Shown here: positions 1 through 12,140 of the stretch, piece after piece
Numbering within the stretch: position 1 is the first letter of the stretch
Layout of the letters: each line of letters begins with the position of its first letter
Assembly (NCBI RefSeq): GCF_004010195.1
Contig: NC_057718.1
Span: 77,811,571 to 77,875,570 of the forward strand
DNA from: Chiloscyllium plagiosum
Lineage: Eukaryota
Direction of reading: 5' to 3'
DNA length: 64,000 nucleotides
Translations under genes and position numbers: made by a program
The notes under the pieces: model-generated
Databases searched by the model: none
What the model saw: the letters and a program-made list of their open reading frames with translations, nothing else
What the model was told of the DNA's origin: nothing

Positions 1-563
1 TTTCACCTCTTGGCCATCAATTTAAACCTAGGATGAGCTGCAAGGAGAAGGGTGGAGATCGGAAAATTTGAGAATAGGAAATCTAACCACAGCCACCTCC
101 AGTTTTAGCAGAGACAGATTGACTAAATACTGTCTGTGTCTGGGTGCCTCATTTCAATAGTACCATGAGATTGCTGACTAAGACATTGTCTGTCTTTTGG
201 GTTGAACATTGGCCAGGTGAGTTTCCTATACTCAGAAACCCAACAAATGAAGGGAGCTGAAAATGGCTGGTTTGAACTGCATTGTTTGCAGGACAGGAAT
301 ATCAGGATTGTTTCAAACCATTAAATCTGAAAATATTGAAGAAGGTTATGTTTAATCCCCCATGCTGGATGAGCAGAAGAGTGATTGTTGGGAGTTGGAG
401 AAGGGGGAGCAGTTAAAAGCTTTAAAATGAGATGTAATTCACTTCTATTTCTTTCCCACTGAAGATTCTTTAGCCTGGTGACAGATTTTGATCTAAATGT
501 CCAAAACAAAAAATCCTTAAAACAAATCTTCCAACAAACATGATAAGATTGCATTAAAGTCAG

Positions 564-784
564 GGAGGAGAAAGTGGGGACTGCAGATGCTGGAGATCAG
601 AGCTGAAAAATGTGTTGCTGGAAAAGCGCAGCAGGTCAGGCAGCATCCAAGGAGCAGGAGAATCGACGTTTCGGGCATAAGCCCTTCTTCAGGAATCATC
701 CTGAAGAAGGGCTTATGCCCAAAACGTCAATTCTTCGGCTCCTTGGATGCTGCCTGACCTGCTGCGCTTTTCCAGCAACACATT
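564..784 (-). mobile_element. Fold-back mini Penelope-like element, family A
   Basis: Inverted arms ~607-693 / ~699-786, unpaired tail 564-606; direct repeat TTAAAGTCAG at 554-563 and 785-794; arm sequence matches the 3' end of the PLE fragments at 21278-21680 and 44293-44825. Confidence 0.85.
661..696 (-). ncRNA. Minimal type I hammerhead ribozyme motif (family A)
   Basis: Minus strand reads ATTC-CTGAAGA-A-GGGC-TTAT-GCCC-GAAA-CGTC-GATT. Confidence 0.75.
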
Positions 785-794
785 TTAAAGTCAG

Positions 795-1400
795 AGACTC
801 TTAGATCCCTCTGTTCCTCTGAACTTTCTAGTGTTCTGCCTTTTATTGAGTACGCCCTTGGCTTGATACTTCTTCTGAAGTGTGTTATCTCACACCTTTC
901 AGGGTTAAATTCTATCTGCCACTGATCTGCCTATATGACCAATTCATTTATATTGCCCTGTAACCAAGAACGCCTTCTTTACTATCGATTCCCAACCAAT
1001 CTCCATGTCATCCACAAACTTACTTATCACCATCCCATCCCCCACTGTTCTCGTCAACAGTGTTTATATATAAAACAAATAATAAGGGACCCAACACCAA
1101 TCACTGTGATACACCACTGGACACAGGACTCCAGTTACACAAACAGCTTTTTATCACCGCCTTCTTAGTCCTCCCACCAAACCAATTTTGGATCCAATTT
1201 GCAAAGTTACACTGGATCCCATGGGCTTTTGCCTTCTTTATCTGTCTGCCATGTGGGACTTTGTCAAAGGCTATGCTGAAATTCATATAAACTGCAACAA
1301 CTGCCCTACCTTCATATACGTATATGGTCACCTCCACAAAAAAATTCAGCTAGATTCGTTGTGCATGACTTGCCTCTGAAAAAGCCATGCTGACTATCTC
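795..1400 (-). mobile_element. CR1 LINE RT fragment
   Basis: ORF 1101..1337: EGRAVVAVYMNFSIAFDKVPHGR...WSPVSSGVSQ, a typical CR1 RT motif. Confidence 0.9.
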
Positions 1401-2799
1401 ATAATAAATTATCCAAAAAAATTATGTTAATTTTAATGTCCCAGACATTTCTTCAGCACTCAGGCTAGCTTCCAAACCCTTATATGGTTCCATATGGACT
1501 GAGAGAAAAGAGAAATGACCATGTGATCTCAACTTCATTTTGTTTCAAAAGCAGAATCCTGTCTATTGTTTAAAGGCAAATTCTCTCATTTAAATAAGTC
1601 CATGAGTCTATATTGTATAAGCATGCTAAGATTAATTGGAAAGCCAAGTTAAACGTCCTTGCTGCCGAGTACATTTTCCAGCGACATAATGTTAGTGCTT
1701 ATTCAGTACTTCTTGAAGGCCAGGAGGAACAAAAGCCCTTCCCCCATCAGTGTTTCCAGCACCCCTACTCCATTCCAGACCTTCAACTGCTGGTCTCTCC
1801 GTCTCCTCAAGATTGTGGCCTTGAGGCCAAGCTTCTAATTGTGTGCTCCATCATCCCCTTCTCAATTGCAACCTCTCTTCTCCAGAGTCTTGATCACAGC
1901 CTCATACCCCCAGCCCCTCAATACAAGGCAGCATCCCCAATAATTCCTAGCTGAAGCTTTCTTCTGTTGGTTTTGTCACCCAGCTGTCATCCAAACTCTC
2001 CATTTGGCCAACTGCTAATTAGAAAACAAAACTAAATGATATTAATGAAAACGTACCATTGAATCTGGCAGGACCTCTATGCCCCTGATCTTAGTAGGAT
2101 CTTCAACTTCCCCCATCTTCTCATAATTTTTCATGCATTTACTGTGTCACGTGAGATTTCATTTACATGCTATTAGAGCAGTAATTAGCTTTCCAAATTT
2201 CTGCACTATGAAAACAAGAGAAAGTTCACAGGAATCACTAAATTATGAAGTCCCACTGAACAAGCATCAATGATTTATCTGTTGCCATATGTAATCTATT
2301 ATCAAAATTTTATTCTCAGACCGAATAGTAAACCAATCCTCAGATGAAGGTGGCAACTCAAAAGCATGGTCATTAGCCAAGAGGGTTCAGACAGCTGGTT
2401 GACAAAGCACATATTGCTCGCCCCCAAAATATGATAGCAACAGGGTTAGTTGGGAAGACTGTGTGAGATAGAAAGAGAGAAGATCCAGCATGAGAGAAGA
2501 ACAAGAATTGTTATCACTGAAGACTTACCAAAAGCTGCAAAACAACAGGAATACATACTCCACCATTCCAAAACCATGTCTTTGCTCATCTATCCTACAG
2601 AATGGCTTGAGGCGTGGTAAAGCATTTTCACCTGTCCCGGGTCATACATTTTCTTTCTTTGACTAATTAACTAATGTATCATATGTAAACTGCTACTTCT
2701 CAAACTCTAAATATACTACCGAAAATTGCTTACAAATAGTTGACTGCCTCCTGTCAACAGGCGTAACTTCTCCAGCATATTTTCTGGTGATTAGAAGCT

Positions 2800-3005
2800 T
2801 GTTCATTGAATCATGAAACTTACAGGATGTTGTGACACAGGTTTTGCCCATCATACCTATGCCACATCTTTGAAAAAGCAATTTAATATGTGTGCTCCCT
2901 TGCTCTTTCCCCACAACTGAATATTTTCTCTTTTCCATGCATACATCCAATTCCTGATTGAAAGTAAACTCGGAATCTACTTCCATCACTCTGAATAGCA
3001 TCACT
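2800..3005 (-). mobile_element. Degraded CR1 3' end
   Basis: ORF 2693..3004 begins RVMEVDSEFTFNQELDVCME, resembling the CR1 ORF2 C-terminus. Confidence 0.6.
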
Positions 3006-4794
3006 GAAAGGAAGGGGGTTCATTTCAGAACATTTGGTAAGTCCAGCTAGCCCTGTGAATAATCACTGCTCCAGTTTGCTGTAATAGAAAATGGAAGCTT
3101 TAGCCTCTGCATGAAATTGCCTCATAAGAACATGGATAAAATTGGAAACATTTCAGGATTAATTGTAAATTCTAGTGATCCATTTTCTGTAAATTCTAAC
3201 CAAAGTCGTCATCATGCTAATGGTATTCATGATAAACCTTAACTAATGAAATATTCCTCCAGAACACCGCATCTGAGAGGTAACTATATTAGCCTAGTAA
3301 ATTGTTGTTAGTATCCAAATGAATACCATGGCAAGTACTTGAAGATTAGAAAGCTGATAAATTGTGTTCGAATTGAATCTATTAATGTGAAGCTGGGCTA
3401 TTCAATAATTGCTGAGAATTAAATTAGAATTCAAAACCTTACTATTCAGCTACGTTAGCAGAATGTATTGTGATTCCCATGGGGAAACTGCAAACCAAAA
3501 TAACCTAATTTACTGAATGACCTCCATAAAAGAAATCACCAGTAGGATTCCAAGTTTTTATCGCTTTTTTTAGCATATATCAGAACCAATGAAAATTACA
3601 CATCAATTAAGAGGCAAATGATGCTCCAAATGAAAAGAGAAATTTCATTTTAAATAGTTGCCGCAACAAAAATATATCTTATAAAATCAAAATACCCACT
3701 TTCACTCCCCACACAAATGTGGCACTGTGTACAATCTCAGTCTTTCCAATGCATCATCTGGTACATAGAAAGTTAACCCAGATAGGGCACATCTGTAGAA
3801 GTCCTTTCCTATCAATTCTGATGGGGCAGCCTTTTATAGAGAGCTCATCTTACTTCCAAAAACATAAGGAGTTTAACAACTGTACCCTGCTACACTCCAT
3901 ATTTGTATCTACATTTTGTGTGCTCATTGCTCTCTGACTTCAACTTTCCTTTGTGTTTGAAGTTCTCCTTTACATCTGCCAGATATATGGCTGGTCTCAA
4001 CTGCCTTTCTTTCAGCATTGATACTAGGTCAAGCATCACCAATTCACAAAGGCCAGTATTTCTTAATGTCTGAGAAAATGACATTTGGTTCCTTTACTAT
4101 TGATGGAGACTGTTAAAAATCCTTTTCAAACATGCTTAAAAAGACTGACAGAGTTCAAAGACATTTCAAAGAAACTATACCTTTTTCTTTGCGCACTGTT
4201 TGTAGGTCAAAGATTGAAAAAGTCGCTGAACTGCTGAAAACCTTTCATACAAACAGAAGTTTGAGAGTTCAAGCACATCGGCTATCACTTTCGCTTGTTT
4301 TTATTTGATACGTTAAGCTCAGTCTACTCTTGGTGAGGCCACTATGAATGAAGAAGGAGGGATGGAGATCTTACCCTAACTGGGCACTTCAGCTTAGCTC
4401 ATGCCTCTGGGAATATTGGGGCCATATAGCCTGTTCCTATGTTAATATTTCCATGTAATCTTGAGAACTGAATCACTTCAGTAATTGGGAGCAAGAAAGA
4501 TAGGATTGGGTAAGGGAGGAAAGGAAGTCAAGCAAAGAGGGGAGGGCGAGGAGAGAGAGTGGGACCCAAATTCCTTAAATGGCCATTGTACACCTGTATA
4601 TTCCCTACAATGGAGTCCACATCGTGTACATTAAAATGAATGTAAAATTTCCAACTGAACACCTTTATATGTCCGCTAAGGATGTGGCCTGATGCTGTTT
4701 AAACTGACATGGTCATGCAGCTGCTTAGTGAGATTTATTTCATTCAGGTGAGTGTGTGTTATTTTCACCCTTATTCTGATGGTTGATGACATTT

Positions 4795-5302
4795 GGGGCG
4801 GTACGGTGGCACAGTGGTTAACACTGCCTCACAGTGCCAGAGACCTGGCTTCAATTCCCGCCTTCTGGAGTTGAGTGGTGCTGGAAAAGCACAGCAGTTC
4901 AGGCAGCATCCGAGGAGCAGGAAAATCGCATTTCGGGCAATTTTCCTGCTCCTCGGATGCTGCCTGAACTGCTGTGCTTTTCCAGCACCACTCTACACCA
5001 GAACCTGGTTTCCAGCATCTGCAGTTATTGTTTTTACCTAGTTCAATTCCCGCCTTGGGCAACTGTCTGTGTGGAGTTTGCACATTCTGCATGTCTGTGT
5101 GGGTTTCCTCTGGGTGCTCCACTTTCCTCCCAAAGTCCAAAGATGTGCAGGTTAGGTGAAATGGCCATGCTAAATTGTCCATAGTGTTAGGTGAAGGGGT
5201 AAATGTAGGGGAATGGACTTGGGTGGGTTGTTCTTCGGAGGATCAGTGTTGGCATATTGGGCCGTAGGGCTTGTTTCCACACTGTAAGTAATCTAATCTA
5301 AT
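4795..5302 (+). mobile_element. HE1/V-SINE-type tRNA-derived SINE, interrupted by a PLE mini-element
   Basis: A box GGTGGCACAGTGG, B-box-like TTCAATTCC, V-SINE core TGTGTGGAGTTTGCAC..GGGTTTCCTC, (TAATC)n tail; matches 16863-17155. Confidence 0.9.
4865..5041 (+). mobile_element. Fold-back mini PLE, family A (apex partly deleted)
   Basis: Inverted arms; perfect 15-bp TSD TTCAATTCCCGCCTT at 4850-4864 and 5042-5056. Confidence 0.88.
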
Positions 5303-5939
5303 TATCCAAATCAGTCTGGTTAAGTAAGGTGAACCCCATTCCTTGCCAGGAAGTGATGTGAAATTTCTGCAGAATTTACCATATTGCATCTTGTATTATT
5401 CCAATTAAAGATGTCAGCTGTGTTAACACCTTTTTTGCAAAATATTATGTGCGTTGTTTGTAGTTCAGATCAAAGCTGAGAAGAAATAAAATGGAGCATG
5501 AATCTGCTATCCTCTCTCAGGGTAACAACATTAGTGATGCCACATCTGCCACTCCACCAATACACTTTCTGCTGCCTATCTGCCTATCAGCTCAGACAGC
5601 TGGGGTCAAACCAAGATAATGGAGTCTGAAACCTGTCCTTTTAGAACCAGACTTGCTCAAGGCCATTTCAGTTTCCTTCACTGAAAGCCTGCAGCCATCC
5701 ACCATTTTGTAACAATGCCAGAACAAGCAAAGTAATGATGAAGACCATGTACAAAGGATGTATGCAAGGGCGATTCAATAACATATTTATGCAACTTGGC
5801 ATGATTTGATTTAGAAATTTGATTTGGAATGAGTATTTTGAGTTGACGTTTAATTTTGCATTGGAGCAGAGGGCACGGTGATGGACAGTGGCAGAAAATA
5901 ACATCAGTAGAAATGGGATTTGAACTGAATCTTTTAGTT

Positions 5940-6270
5940 TCTCAAACCTGTTCTGCTATTCAATAAAATCATGGCTGATCTGATGGTGGCATTATCTTAC
6001 TTTCTTGCCTATTCCCATTAGACGTCTTTACAAATCAAAATCCCATCTAACTCAGCCTTAACACATCTATTGAATCAACTTCCACTGTTCTCTGTTCAAA
6101 GAGAATGGCAAATAATAATAGGCCTCTGACAGAAGCAATTTCTTTACATGTCTGTCTTAAATGAGAGACCCTGTATTTTTAAACTGTGTACCCAGGAGCT
6201 AGGCCTCCAGAAGAGAAACATCCTATCAGCACCCCACTTAATCCCACTCAGAATCTTTTCCATTTCATTA
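5940..6270 (-). mobile_element. Degraded CR1 3' end
   Basis: Resembles the minus-strand CR1 3' ends at 56015-56400 and 60160-60540. Confidence 0.65.
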
Positions 6271-8169
6271 GCATTACTTCTTATTCATAAGGTAAGGAGT
6301 GAAGGATTGTTGGTGAAGAGAAAATTGAAGTTGAGGTTATTTGTATCACACATTAATTAATTTTCTACGTATAGGCTGGACAAAAAGGGACATTCTTCTT
6401 CCTTCTCCATTCTCAAGCATATTAGTCTACTTTTGTTTTTGATCCCTGCTTATGCTCTCAATCTAGAAGGCCTATTACTGCATCCATGAATTCGATCTTG
6501 CAGATATGCTGAAATCACCAGAATGTACTTCATCACTTGCCCCCTTCACTTCTTGTAGATGTTTGAAACAACTGTGGAAGGCATCAAAAAACATACTAAA
6601 TTGTAGCAACAACCTGAAAAAAAAAGACCAATGCTTAAGTTAGTTGATAAGCCCCTTCAAGTAGGGGTCTTGGTGTCCTCCATACTAATTAAGATATTTT
6701 AACTATACAAGATCAAGAGAAGATACCAACTGGACTGTGAAACTCAAAATGGCATTGCTGGCATTAAGTCAGTCATCCACACTGAAAGACCTTATGCTCT
6801 GCGGCAGTGTAGGTATTTCTAATTGACCTGCTCAAGCATTTTACCTTTGAAGTAGGTGGGTCTTGAACCCAGGCCTTCTGGCTCAGAGGCAAGAAACTAC
6901 TTGCATTTCACAAGAACCCCCCGGCCTGCTGAATATACTTGCAGAGGACATTAACTGCTCATGAACTGCTGTCTTTACTCTGATAGCATTCAGCGCTTCA
7001 ATTCAGAAGCGTGCATGCACAGCATATTCACCATCTTTGAACTCCGATTTCACCTACAAGATCTTTAATATATTTTAAATAGATTTAAATTCCCATCACT
7101 TTACTAAAATAGCAAGCTGTTGCAATTTTCAAAAATAACTGTTTAAGTTTTGTGCCATTAAAAATAAAAGAAGGGTTTGCCCTGCCCTTATCTAGCTGAA
7201 TTAACACCAGTCTGAATCAAAAGCCAGTAGTACTACTATTGAGGCTGACACACATTGTACTGTCAGTCTTTTGTAGGCCAAGCAGAGATACTAAGCCATT
7301 GAATAGCAGATGCCCAAGAATCAGATGCACGTGATTCTGATAATACATAAAAATGAAGCACTATCTTGGATGGAAAATACCAGAAGTGTGGCCAGAATTA
7401 CAAAGGGAGATCTGATATAAAAATCATTTATTGAATTCGACTGATTACAAAAGATAGGATTAATTTTGACTCAGTTTTTGGATTTTTTGGAAAGAATTAT
7501 GTCATTGAATACCTCATAACTGGAGGACTGTATTTGAAAGAAATGGACTGAATAAATGAGCTCTTGTCCAAATAATTCTTCAGTCATAACCCATAAATTT
7601 CAGAGATATATAATTGAGATCAAGGGCACACATTTCTGACCGTGAGATCTATTTTAGTGAATTAAATAGTTTGATTATTATTTTGACCTGATTTTTCACT
7701 GTAATTGAAAATAAACAGTATGAAAACTACAGCCTGTAAAATTTTTAAATGGTTGAATTAGTTCAACAAATATGCAAGGCACAAGGCTTGAATATTAAAT
7801 TGCATTCTTGTGCTTCAGTTAATGGCTTCAATAAATCAGACATTAGGAGCTGGTTTCCGCTATGAGATTGAGGACCCCACCATCAGGCCCAAATGGGGAC
7901 AGAAAATTACACTTTGAGGCAACAATCACTCATATATGATTTTGACTGAATTAGCCGATTAATGCCAGAAGGTGGACGTTCAATTAAGAATATTAAATGG
8001 ACTTGTAAAGCTGGAGGGCAAATAGACTGCACTTATATGTAAACAGCCTATGATGGAGGCCCACATTCCTTAACTTCTGAAATTCTTAAATGGAAAAAGG
8101 CCTTAGTAGCTGGAACACAGTGGGAGGCTTGGGACAACAGTGCCCCGACCATCAAAACAAACAACAAAC

Positions 8170-8830
8170 CCCTGTCCAATATGGATAATTTCCTATACCC
8201 CCAGAGTGTCCTTTCGTTGTGTGCAGACATTGACGAGGAAAGCCAACATCAAATCCAATGCACCAGTGCAACCACTGGACACCTGCAGAACAGAGTGTTC
8301 GAAGTCCCAGCACCAAGCTCATGGTTTACAGAGCAACTGAAGTCACACTCTCCTGAATGTATCAGAAACATGGATCATGTACACCTCAAATCCCTGCAGA
8401 GTTAACACTAGCCTTTACAAATCCTGCAAATCCATTGCAGGATCAGTGTTTCAAAGTGAGCATCCTCTCCTAGGCCTGTACCCCCAGCATGACCAGCTGT
8501 TAGGCAAGCCACATTATTTACAAGACTATCTAAACAAGTGTTCTATTCTGAAATCTGCAATGTTAAGCAATAACCAGGAGGGCAGAGGAAACACCACAAG
8601 CACATCCTGAAAACCTGCCTAAAGGAAAGCAATGTCCCATTGACACTAGGGAATCATTTGCACTGGAATGCACAAACTAGAAAAGAACCATGTACAAAGG
8701 CACGAATGACTTCAAGCGTCACCAAGTGAAGCATGTGGAAGCATGAAAAGAATGTGCAAAATGCAGAGTGTCCCAGGAACCACCTCTTCTCCCTCAGAGT
8801 GGAAGCAAATTATCCTTGAATCCGAGGAAC
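8170..8830 (+). mobile_element. RTE-clade LINE, RT C-terminal fragment
   Basis: ORF 8181..8405 NFLYPQSVLSLCADIDEESQHQIQCTSATTGHLQNRVF resembles the RTE motif F.YLGS.LS..A.ID.E...RI..AS.AFG.L..RV. Confidence 0.7.
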
Positions 8831-9009
8831 TATTAAATAAGAAAAAGAAGATTTGGAGTAGGAGAGGAATCCCTCCATAGTCTGACCTGCACCTGCATTT
8901 TACCCAGGCAGGTCAGGAGGGCCTATTGGCTGGAACGTGTTATCCAGATTTTCACTCCCCCTTGTATGCATTCATAGTTTTAGATTGGTCAAAGGAAACT
9001 TCTGGTCTC

Positions 9010-9146
9010 CACACCTGCATGCCTTCAATTATGCCCAGCCTTCTAATTCTTCACAAACTTTCCTATTTCCAAGGTTTTGTGCATGCACATTTTCTGGAGG
9101 TAGACTTAAATCACCAGGTGCCTCCAGTGAAGTAGAATTTCAGCAT
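9010..9146 (+). repeat. 137-bp direct repeat, copy 1
   Basis: Matches 10061-10197 with 2 mismatches. Confidence 0.95.
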
Positions 9147-9318
9147 ATCTGGCACAAAATTCATCCAATTTGCCTTTGGCAATAAACCTCTTCAGTTTCA
9201 TCTTTCTGTTCTCTACTTATGAAATGCTTTCTCTATTCATCACAGTTTTTTTTTACTATCCTTATTGTCCATACTGTCCTTCACAATGACTGCTTGCAAA
9301 TTAGCTGCTGTTATTCAA

Positions 9319-9663
9319 AGTTAAAAATCACACAACACCAGGTTATAGTGCAACAGGTTTTTTTGGAAGTACTAGCTTTTGGAGCGCTGCTCCTTCATCA
9401 GGTAGCTGGGGAGCAGGATCATAAGACACAGAATTTATAGCAAAAGATCATAGAGTCCTGCAATTGAAATGATACATTGAACAAACCTAGATTGCTGTTA
9501 AGTCTTTCATCTTGTCGAATGGATTGCAGGCTTTGATTCATTAATAAGTAAATATTATGCTCCGAATGCTACACTTCCAAATAAACCTATTGGACTATAA
9601 CCTGATGTTGTGTGATTTTTAACTTTGTCCATCCCAGTCCAACACCAGCACCTCCACATCATG
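9319..9663 (+). mobile_element. Fold-back PLE, family B, with long left arm
   Basis: AAAGTTAAAAATCACACAACACCAGG... inverted at 9575-9626; left arm is the reverse complement of the pLTR at 54860-55090; degenerate TSD GCTGTTATTCAA (9307-9318) / GCTATTATACAA (9664-9675). Confidence 0.85.
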
Positions 9664-10060
9664 GCTATTATACAAGACCACATACTACATCTTAGATGAG
9701 TCTTTTGATGGACTTGCTGAAACTTGACATTGATGTCAAATTCGTCCTGTTTACTGAGGTTGCCTCACCAGTTATGCTGTGACAGTTAATGTTGGGGAAG
9801 TAATTTTGCAAAATCACAAGGCCATGTCCCAATTTGTCTCAACTGCACAGAAACCTCCTCCTCTACATCCTCTTCTAAACCTCTTGCAAAGTCCTAAACA
9901 CCTACCAATCACTCAAGCTCCCCAACAATTGCCAAGATCTCCTTTCTCCTCCTTCTTCCCTTCTAAACTGACTGACCTTGTTCTCGTTGATGTTAGCTTT
10001 CACCTAAATTGCTACAGCATCTTCTCACTTGTTCTGTTTCCCTATGCTCAAATTCCCCTG

Positions 10061-10197
10061 CACACCTGGATGCCTTCAATTATGTCCAGCCTTCTAATTC
10101 TTCACAAACTTTCCTATTTCCAAGGTTTTGTGCATGCACATTTTCTGGAGGTAGACTTAAATCACCAGGTGCCTCCAGTGAAGTAGAATTTCAGCAT
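10061..10197 (+). repeat. 137-bp direct repeat, copy 2
   Basis: Matches 9010-9146. Confidence 0.95.
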
Positions 10198-11244
10198 CCC
10201 TGTAGTGTGGAAAGGATAAAGTGCAAGTTAGATTTGCCAACAGTAGGTCTGAACTTTATGGATTGAGAGTAGCCATTTGGATATTGTCTTAGGGCATCTT
10301 TGGATGTCAGGTATGCTTTAGAGAATGCCAGGTGGCTTTTGGGGAATGGTAGCTTTTTGGGAGGAATCAAGTATTTTTTTGGAGGGATTCAGTAGCTATT
10401 GTAAGGAGTCAGATGTCCTTGAGAGGGAATCAGGTAGCATTTGGGGTGATCATGTGGGGTGGAATGGTGTGAAATGGTCAGATATGAGTCAGCTGCTCTT
10501 TTGTAGGATCTAAGAGCAAAGTCGCTTTTTGGAGATGGTTGGAAAAATCTGGTACTCATGAGATGTGGGGATAAGGTACCCTTCAAGGAAAGATAGTTTT
10601 CAAGACTGTTAACAGCACAGAAGATTTTGTCCAAAAGATACATAAACTCTTTGGGAATGTAAAGCTGTCAAGAAATGCCAAAGCTGTTAAATATCTTGAA
10701 GTGTCAAACTTCTCAATTACTGTCAAAAAGTGTCAAAACAGTCAATATCTAATCAATTGACGTTTATGAATGAATGATTTCTCAATATAATGTATTCATC
10801 AACATAGACCTTTAAGTAATAGAACATTACTTTTCCCTCTCTGTGCACTGCTATTTTAGGCACTGGTAAAGGGGTAATGAATGGTGGGTGGAAATAGGCA
10901 CTAAGTTGGCACAAGAGGTACACAGTGCCATTTGGCATGGGTATAGAGCCAGAGGGCTCATGAGGATGTATAGGGGGCTTAAGAGTATGAGAGATCATGG
11001 GAACAGATTGAATGACATAGGCTGCCATTGAAGTAATCAGAGATAATGGTAGAGAGCATTAGATGCATGGGCTGGTATGGAGGGAACACAGTGAGCATGT
11101 GAAGGTGAGGGGGATGAGAGAAGTAAGGACTAGAGGAATGTTTTATTTTTGTTTGAACTTCTGAGTGAAGTGCTGGAGCGTTGAGGCACATTTTCCATCT
11201 AATCTGCCTCAACATCTGACAGCCGGATATTGCCCAGAGAGTTC

Positions 11245-11355
11245 AGGGATGTGTAGGCTAGATGCATTAGTCAGTGGTAAATGTAGAGTAATAAGGTAGG
11301 GGAATGGGTCTGGGACGAAGGGCCTATTTCAACACTGCAGGGATTCTATGATTTC
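11245..11355 (+). mobile_element. 3' fragment of HE1-like SINE
   Basis: GATGTGTAGGCTAG...GTAGGGGAATGGGTCTGG...GAAGGGCCTATTTC resembles 5140-5290. Confidence 0.6.
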
Positions 11356-11531
11356 ATGAGCCATTTCAGCTCTTCCTGGGTCACCTGGCCCAACTTCCAA
11401 ACGAGACTGCTTCCTACCCAATCTCTAAGATGAAAATGGTGAGCACAGATGGTCATTTTTAAAGTTTGGGTTCATAGAGCTTGTAGATCTCCCACTTCCA
11501 CACACCCATTCCATGAAAAATTAGAACCTTT

Positions 11532-12140
11532 GTGTCAGCCTTGGCTTAGTAGTAGTGGTTTATGTCTGAAAGTTGTGGGTTCAAGCCCTACACCAAATTC
11601 TTGAATGTCACTGAGGTACAGAAATGAAGGAATGTTGCAATGAAGGAGCTATCTTTCAGATAAGTTGCTAAGCAGAAGCTCCATCACAATGGCCACTAAA
11701 ATCCTTTGTCACTGCTTAAAGAAGAGCAGGGAAGATCTCTGATAATTTGTCTCCCATCAATATGAAAAAAGTTCAATCGGTCAGAAAGAACTCTTTTACT
11801 CACAGAAGGTTGAGAATCTGTGGAATTATTTATCACAGAAGGCTGTTGAGGTTGGATCATTAGTATATTCAAGCCTGAAATAGACAGATTTTTAATCAGT
11901 AAAGAAATTGAGAATAATTAAGAAGAGCCACAAAAGTGGGGTCGAGGATTATCCAATCAGTCACAATTTCATTGAATGGTGGAGCAGACACAATGGGCTG
12001 GATGGCTTATTTTTGCTCCTATATCTTATGGTCTTCTTGCAATTTTCTCAGGTTGGCTACATGCAATTTTGGCAATATGTTAAAAGAAGTTCATTGACTG
12101 CAAAGCAGATGCTATGTAAATGCAATCTCCTTGTTTCTTT
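11532..12140 (+). mobile_element. DeuSINE-like SINE interrupted by a CR1 3' fragment (~11780-12035)
   Basis: tRNA-like head (GTTGTGGGTTCAAGCCC), GAAGAGCAGGG core, ATGCTATGTAAATGCAA L2-like tail. Confidence 0.55.

Noticed and set aside
517..804. Recurring short ORFs (CCWKSAAGQAAS / LLGCCLTCCAFPA) as a peptide family
   Set aside because: These are chance frames through the PLE terminal repeat, appearing on both strands because of the palindrome.
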